A stretch of 64,000 bases of DNA from Geopsychrobacteraceae bacterium (GTDB lineage Bacteria > Desulfobacterota > Desulfuromonadia > Desulfuromonadales > Geopsychrobacteraceae), in the NCBI GenBank assembly GCA_963676795.2, contig CAXXTB010000002.1, positions 1,504,001 through 1,568,000 of the forward strand. The letters run 5' to 3'. A program made the position numbers and the translations under genes. Below are positions 58,678-64,000 of the stretch, piece after piece; position 1 is the first letter of the stretch; the number at the start of each line of letters is the position of its first letter. Under the pieces are notes generated by a model, which had not been told where the DNA came from, ran no database searches, and saw only the letters and a program-made list of their open reading frames with translations.

Positions 58678-59868
58678 ATGTTTGAGAAGGTTCAAATTGC
58701 TCCTCCTGATCCGATTCTTGGTCTGGGTGAATTGTTCAAGGCCGACACCAATCCGGCCAAGATCAATCTTTCCGTCGGTGTTTATCAGGATGACAATGGC
58801 GTGACACCGGTTATGGACTGTGTCAAGGAAGCGGAAAAGCGTATTCTTGCCAGTGAAACCTCCAAAGGCTACCTGCCGATGACCGGTGATGCCGTTTACT
58901 GTGCGATGACTCAGGACCTGCTCTTTGGCGAAGGCCACGAGGTTGTTTCCGGCAGGCGGGCGGCAACTGCTCAGTGCCCTGGCGGTACCGGCGCCCTGCG
59001 GGTCGTCGGTGATTACCTGGCTGTTATCCATCCAGGAGCCAAGGTTTGGGTCAGCAATCCGACCTGGGCGAATCACAACACCATTTTTGCCGCTGCCGGT
59101 GTAAAGGTTGATTCTTACACCTATCGAGACGCTGCAACCAACGGTCTTGATTTTGAAGGGCTGAAAGCTTCCATCAAGCAGATGCCGGCCGGAGACGTTA
59201 TCTTGCTGCATGGCTGTTGTCATAATCCGACCGGTATCGATCCGACCCCGGAGCAGTGGGCCGAGATCGGTGACCTGTTGGCCGCCGGTGGTATCATCCC
59301 GATTGTTGACTTCGCTTACCACGGCCTGGCCGATGGTATTGAGGAGGATCGTCAGGGACTGCTCGAGTTGGCCAAGAAGGTCCGCGAGATGTTCATCTGC
59401 TCCAGCTATTCGAAAAACTTCGGTCTGTACCGTGAGCGGGTTGGTGCCCTGACCGTTGTTGCTGATACCGCTGAACAGGCGTCTACCGTCATGAGCCAGA
59501 TCAAGCTGCGGATTCGCTACCTCTACTCCAATCCGCCATCTCACGGTGCGCAGATCGTTGCTACTATCCTCAGCGACAAGGAGCTCAAGGCTCAGTGGAT
59601 CGCAGAGGTTGCAGCTATCCGTAACCGGATCAACCTGATGCGTCACGCTTTCGTTCAGAAGCTCAAAGACATGGGCGTTGATCAGGATTTCTCTTCGATC
59701 ATTACCCAACGAGGCATGTTCAGCTTCTCCGGTTTGAACAAAGAGCAGGTCGAACGCCTCAAAAATGAATTTTCGATCTACATTGTCGGTTCGGGTCGTA
59801 TCAATGTCGCCGGTATCACTTCCGGCAACATCGACAGGCTGTGTGAATCGATCAAGGCTGTTTTGTGA
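58678..59868 (+). CDS. aspC: Aspartate/aromatic amino acid aminotransferase (AspC/TyrB subfamily)
   Basis: APPDPILGL, GGTGAL, CCHNPTG, DFAY, SYSKNFGLY.ERVG, GRINVAG. Confidence 0.92.
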   Translation: MFEKVQIAPPDPILGLGELFKADTNPAKINLSVGVYQDDNGVTPVMDCVKEAEKRILASETSKGYLPMTGDAVYCAMTQDLLFGEGHEVVSGRRAATAQCPGGTGALRVVGDYLAVIHPGAKVWVSNPTWANHNTIFAAAGVKVDSYTYRDAATNGLDFEGLKASIKQMPAGDVILLHGCCHNPTGIDPTPEQWAEIGDLLAAGGIIPIVDFAYHGLADGIEEDRQGLLELAKKVREMFICSSYSKNFGLYRERVGALTVVADTAEQASTVMSQIKLRIRYLYSNPPSHGAQIVATILSDKELKAQWIAEVAAIRNRINLMRHAFVQKLKDMGVDQDFSSIITQRGMFSFSGLNKEQVERLKNEFSIYIVGSGRINVAGITSGNIDRLCESIKAVL

Positions 59869-59889
59869 TATCAGAAGCAGTGTAATTCT

Positions 59890-59929
59890 CAGGAGTTTGT
59901 CAAAAACTCGTGACAAACTCCTGGTTTTT
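59890..59929 (+). terminator. Hairpin/terminator after aspC
   Basis: 13-bp stem CAGGAGTTTGTCA / TGACAAACTCCTG followed by GTTTTT. Confidence 0.7.
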
Positions 59930-60024
59930 AAGCGCAATCTTGCACTCAGTAAAATCCGTCACAAAAAAACAATATTTTTGCTTGACGGTCAGAATAATCT
60001 TTGTTAAAACCTGCGTCACTTCGT

Positions 60025-60099
60025 TGGGGCGTCGCCAAGCGGTAAGGCACCGGATTTTGATTCCGGCATTCCCAGGTTCGAATCCTGGCGCCCCAGCCA
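60025..60099 (+). tRNA. tRNA-Gln(TTG)
   Basis: TGGGGCG/CGCCCCA acceptor stem, anticodon loop TTTTGAT, TTCGA, GCCA end. Confidence 0.96.
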
Positions 60100-60238
60100 C
60101 TTTTAATCCTGCTCTGAATATCAGGATTCGAAGCGGAACGAGCGCTGACTAAATGTCAGAAAAGCGGACAGGAGGTCCGCGTCAGTGAGTGTAGGGGAGC
60201 CTACGCAGGAGTCAACTGGATGTTGACGACGTAGTGGG

Positions 60239-60260
60239 CGAATCCTGGCGCCCCAGCCAC
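60239..60260 (+). repeat. 22-bp direct duplicate of the tRNA-Gln 3' end
   Basis: CGAATCCTGGCGCCCCAGCCAC at 60079-60100 and at 60239-60260. Confidence 0.92.
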
Positions 60261-60291
60261 ATAAAATAACACTGTCCTGAGGGGCGGTAAC

Positions 60292-60324
60292 AAAAAGGAT
60301 GAAGTTACTACTTCATCCTTTTTT
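60292..60324 (+). terminator. Terminator after the tRNA-Gln trailer
   Basis: AAAAAGGATGAAG / CTTCATCCTTTTTT. Confidence 0.8.
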
Positions 60325-60430
60325 ATTTCTATGCCGTTTTTCTTCCACCGTATTGACAGCAACAAACATTTTCCTCATCAATAGGCTTTAGCCTGATGTC
60401 GATGGCGACGCACTGTGAGGGCATGACGTT

Positions 60431-61207
60431 ATGACGATATTGAAATCATTTTTTTGGGTTATCCTGGCGGTATTCACTCAGCTTATCTTTGGTTGCAATA
60501 GTGGGACAGAGCTGACCGTCATGTATGACACCATCGGTACCCTTACTCCCCAATCTCTTGTCTACTGTAAAGGCGCACCCGTTGGAAGGGTTGAACAGAT
60601 CGCTACTGATGATCAGGGTGAGTTTGGGGTGCTGATTCAGATTGAATCCAGTTTTCAGACCTGTGCGACCAGTCGGACGCATTTCTACCTGATGGCGGAT
60701 CCTCAGGATCGAGAACATGCTGCTATTGTTTTAAAGCAGGATGAAAAAACTGGAATTATTTTGAAAAGTGGCGCAATCGTCAGGGGGGAACGTCTTGGCC
60801 TGCTCGATCAGCTGGTCTCCGATATCCAGAACTACCAGAATCAGGTTGTGGAAAAAGTCAGTCGTTCACTGGAAAACATTCAACAGGCATTGACTGACAA
60901 CAGTGATTCATTAAAAGCGGAACTGAAAGATTCACTGGAAGACCTCACCGCAGGGATTTCGAGGCTTGAAAGTTTGGCTGATGAAATGCTGACACAAGAG
61001 GAAGTTGAGAGCCTGAAAAAGATCATTGATGATTTTTATGCTGAATACAGTGCTGCAGAAGACGCTGTAAAAGAAAAAATCAGAGACGATTTCATTCCCG
61101 AATTACTTTTACGGATGGAATATCTTGAACAACGTCTGAATAAGCTCGGGCTCGGGCAGAAGTCGGAAGAGATTGAGCGCAGAATTGGTGAGATCGTAGA
61201 AATTTAG
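60431..61207 (+). CDS. MlaD/MCE domain protein with helical C-terminus
   Basis: N-terminal signal/possible lipobox (IFGC), L...S.V...G.PVGRV..I MCE pattern, coiled-coil tail. Confidence 0.7.
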   Translation: MTILKSFFWVILAVFTQLIFGCNSGTELTVMYDTIGTLTPQSLVYCKGAPVGRVEQIATDDQGEFGVLIQIESSFQTCATSRTHFYLMADPQDREHAAIVLKQDEKTGIILKSGAIVRGERLGLLDQLVSDIQNYQNQVVEKVSRSLENIQQALTDNSDSLKAELKDSLEDLTAGISRLESLADEMLTQEEVESLKKIIDDFYAEYSAAEDAVKEKIRDDFIPELLLRMEYLEQRLNKLGLGQKSEEIERRIGEIVEI

Positions 61208-61313
61208 CCTGTCCTGATCCTCTATTTTGCTCTATGGTTGATTGATAAAAGAAAAATACGTTCTGAGGTTCTGGCAAGTCGGATAGAACACAACATTACA
61301 GTTAGGATTTTCG

Positions 61314-61430
61314 ATGGAACCGGTTCATTTCGCCGATATTCTGTTTACTGCGATCGCTCTTGCGATCATTTTGGGGATACTTTTTCTCGTTAAGAGAGGG
61401 AAAGACAAAAAGACAAAACCCTCGGAATGA
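61314..61430 (+). CDS. Small single-pass membrane protein (38 aa), not in the ORF track
   Basis: MEPVHFADILFTAIALAIILGILFLVKRGKDKKTKPSE; AGGA upstream; ATGA overlap with the next gene. Confidence 0.6.
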   Translation: MEPVHFADILFTAIALAIILGILFLVKRGKDKKTKPSE

Positions 61431-62689
61431 CACACTCAATTATCTTCAGTGATATTTGCGACAGCTATCCGCAGTTGAGCTCTCTTGCACGGATGTGTGA
61501 AAACGAGTCGTTGGACTGCTGGCTGGTCGGAGGGTCGGTCCGGGATCTGTTGCTGGGAAGAATACCCACAGATATCGATATCTGCTCTGTTCAGGATCCG
61601 ACACGACTTGCCAGGAGTTGGGCACGTCAGATCGGCGGCCGCTGGTTCTGGCTGGATGAGCAGCGCAGGCAGAGCCGTGTGCTTACCCCTGATTCATTGC
61701 TAACCGATTTCTGTCCCCTGCGAGCCCCCTCCCTCATTGAGGACCTTGCTCTTCGCGACTTTACTATAAACGCCATAGCTCTTCCTTTCTCTCGAAACAG
61801 CTCGGCTGCAGAGCTGATAGATCCGCTCGATGGCCGAAACGACCTTATGCTTGGGCAATTGAGACACTGTTCCGAGCGAAGTTTCAGTGATGACCCTCTG
61901 CGCCTGCTCAAGGGGATCCGTCATGCCGTCGATTTGAAATTCGCACTGAATGCGGCAACGCTCAGTCTCATGGCAAGTCAGTCCGGGTTGATCAGGAAGG
62001 TGGCGGGAGAGAGGATTCGCGATGAGCTCTGTCGTATCCTCGAGGCCGATGCGGACACCGGGCTTTCTCTTATGCAGGAAAGCGGTCTGCTGGTCGCGCT
62101 GTTTGACGGAATCGATATCAACCTGCCGCACAAGGATGAGCTGAACCGTCTGGATCGACTGTTGAGAGATCTGGAAAAATCCTCTGATCTTCCGCTTCAG
62201 CAGCGGGGCACGTTCTTGCTGGCCGAGTTACTCAGACAGGCTGGAATCTCAGCACTCAGGCCGCTTCTTCACGATCGTCTGCGACTGAGCCGTCAGCACC
62301 AGAGACTTGTCGAGCTGCTGCAGGCGAAAATCCCGGAACAGGTTATTAAGCAAATGACAGGGGCGCTGAACATGCGCCGGCAGGCTTTGCTCTATGAGCT
62401 GTATCAGCCCTGTGCTTTTGAACGATTGGTTCGCTGGGGGCTTTTTCCGGAGGCGCTACCATTGGCGAGGATACAGGAATTACGCCGGTCATTTACAGCA
62501 GAAGAGCAGGGGGGGAAGGTCCCCGATCTTCTCAATGGTCAGACGCTTGGTACTATGTTGGGACATGAAAAAATAGCTCAGATCGGCCCGCTCCTGAAAG
62601 CCGTCAAGCGGGCAGAGATCGAAGGAGAAATTTCGACACGAAAAGATGCCGAAAACTGGATAAAACAGCAGATTGCGATTGACAGATGA
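61427..62689 (+). CDS. Class II tRNA nucleotidyltransferase family protein, probably CC-adding type
   Basis: LVGGSVRDLLLG...DID, EDL..RDFTINA, DDPLR, ERIRDEL; flexible loop appears to be missing. Confidence 0.82.
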   Translation: MTHSIIFSDICDSYPQLSSLARMCENESLDCWLVGGSVRDLLLGRIPTDIDICSVQDPTRLARSWARQIGGRWFWLDEQRRQSRVLTPDSLLTDFCPLRAPSLIEDLALRDFTINAIALPFSRNSSAAELIDPLDGRNDLMLGQLRHCSERSFSDDPLRLLKGIRHAVDLKFALNAATLSLMASQSGLIRKVAGERIRDELCRILEADADTGLSLMQESGLLVALFDGIDINLPHKDELNRLDRLLRDLEKSSDLPLQQRGTFLLAELLRQAGISALRPLLHDRLRLSRQHQRLVELLQAKIPEQVIKQMTGALNMRRQALLYELYQPCAFERLVRWGLFPEALPLARIQELRRSFTAEEQGGKVPDLLNGQTLGTMLGHEKIAQIGPLLKAVKRAEIEGEISTRKDAENWIKQQIAIDR

Positions 62690-62708
62690 GAACTCAGATC
62701 ATTATACT
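62679..62708 (+). promoter_or_regulatory. Sigma70 promoter of tRNA-Gly(CCC)
   Basis: TTGACA-N18-TATACT, 12 nt upstream of the tRNA. Confidence 0.65.
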
Positions 62709-62720
62709 TCGACCACTCAA

Positions 62721-62796
62721 GCGGGAATAACTCAGTTGGTAGAGTGTCAGCTTCCCAAGCTGAAAGTCGCGGGTTCGAATCCCGTTTCCCGCTCCA
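62721..62796 (+). tRNA. tRNA-Gly(CCC)
   Basis: GCGGGAA stem, anticodon arm TCAGC-TTCCCAA-GCTGA, TTCGA, CCA. Confidence 0.96.
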
Positions 62797-62805
62797 ATAA
62801 AATCA

Positions 62806-62836
62806 AAGGGTTGCTAAGTACTCAGCAACCCTTTTT
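62806..62836 (+). terminator. Terminator after tRNA-Gly(CCC)
   Basis: AAGGGTTGCT / AGCAACCCTTTTT. Confidence 0.75.
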
Positions 62837-62951
62837 ATCTTTTCATGTATCTTTCTAAGTTATCGTGTGTCAACAGCAGCCGGGAGAACATTTCACTTTT
62901 TGGTTGCGAATCGGCCACAACCAAAAAAGTGAAAATGGAAATTACTTTAAA

Positions 62952-64000
62952 GAGGGTGTAAAGCAGATTGTGTAAATGCCCCGTCGGTTAGAGCAGTGGC
63001 ATCCGCCCTTCAAATATATCGAAAACTGATTCAGTGCCGATCGCCAGTTGCGGATCGGCATTGTCCATTTCTTGGCAATATTCTGTAAAGCCAGATACAT
63101 CAGCTTAAACATGGCCTCGTCATTGGGGAACGAACCTCGGTTCTTCATTACCTTCCTCAGCGACATATTTATCGACTCAATGGCGTTGGTCGTGTAAATT
63201 GCCTTTCGGATCTCTGGCGGATAAGAGAACAGCGGAGTAATCCGCTTCCAGTTGTTTCGCCATGATTTGCTGATTGTAGGATGGCTGGAATCCCATTTAT
63301 CTCCGAAGAGTTCCAGGTGGTACCCAGCCTCCTCCAGTGTCGCCGCTGAATAGATTGTTTTTAAGTCGGCAGCGACTTCCTTGCGTTGTTTCCAAGAGAC
63401 GTAGTTCAGACTGTGCCGAACCATATGGACGATGCAGAGCTGAACCTGCGTTTTCGGGAAGACGGCCTCTATCGCTTCAGGAAATCCCTTCAGTCCGTCG
63501 ACGCAGGCAATGAAGATATCCTTGACCCCACGGTTCTTCAATTCGGTGACGACCTGCAGCCAGAATTTGGCTCCTCCATTCTCGGCAGTCCACATGCCTA
63601 GAACCTCTTTCACGCCGTCAAGATTGACACCAACAGCAAGATAGACAGCTTTATTTATGACTCGGTTATCCTGCCGAACCTTGACGCGAAGAGCATCAAG
63701 GTAGACGATTGGCCAAACATCATCAAGGGGGCGATTCTGCCACAGAACAACCTCCTCCTGAACAGCCTTGGTTACCTGAGAAACCAGCGTCGGTGAAATC
63801 TCAACCCCATAGATTTCTTCCAAGTGTGCCTGGATGTCGCGGGTGGTCATGCCGCGAGCATACAAAGCGATGATTTTATCATCAAAGCCAGAAAATCGGC
63901 TTTGCCCTTTGGGGAGGATAGCTGGTTCAAAGCTGGCATCCCGGTCTCGGGGAACAGAAATATCGAGTTCTCCAAACTCACCCTTGATCTTTTTCTGGTA
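62952..64000 (-). mobile_element. IS256-family insertion sequence (continues beyond the window)
   Basis: Transposase motifs VPRDR..FEP, YLDA, DGLKG, QLCIVH, YTTNAIES; terminal IR-like GAGGGTGTAAAGCAGATTGTGTAAA at 62952. Confidence 0.93.
62988..64000 (-). pseudogene. IS256 transposase with a probable frameshift near the C-terminus; 5' part lies outside the window
   Basis: Frame is open from the window end; after NQFSI the expected FEGRMPLL* (stop at 62988-62990) is in another frame, while the main frame reads through the IR to 62942. Confidence 0.7.

Noticed and set aside
58594..59937. 447-aa minus-strand ORF
   Set aside because: Antisense shadow of the clearly conserved aspC; no recognisable motifs.

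Overview
A 64-kb chromosomal window from a Desulfuromonadales-like deltaproteobacterium (inferred from gene content and order). In order it carries: the end of a PEP-CTERM/exopolysaccharide region (prsR, a GT2 glycosyltransferase, an unusual Fn3 protein, manC, manB); a Crp/Fnr-ygbA pair with a perfect FNR-type box; gap-pgk-tpiA; a yycJ-purL-purQ-purF-pyrE operon; nadB; slt-pgsA followed by three identical tRNA-Gly; and an HD-GYP gene. Next is a ~22-kb lipid cluster, ispH-pfaD-pfaA(4 ACP)-pfaBC-oleABCD-PPTase, i.e. a PUFA synthase coupled to head-to-head olefin synthesis and headed by an intact IspH. After it come tRNA-Cys, tauE, amrB, gltX, a PilZ gene, TetR-TolC-MFP-RND, aspC, tRNA-Gln, an MlaD protein, a small membrane ORF, a probable CC-adding enzyme, tRNA-Gly(CCC) and a truncated, frameshifted IS256. 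Several intergenic spacers hold structured repeats. The most striking are nested 9/10-nt-periodic inverted-repeat elements directly after three polysaccharide genes, a ~143-bp covarying hairpin family (4 copies or derivatives), and a tRNA-Gln trailer closed by a duplicated tRNA 3' end that carries GGA-loop hairpins. All calls come from manual motif reading; no searches were run.
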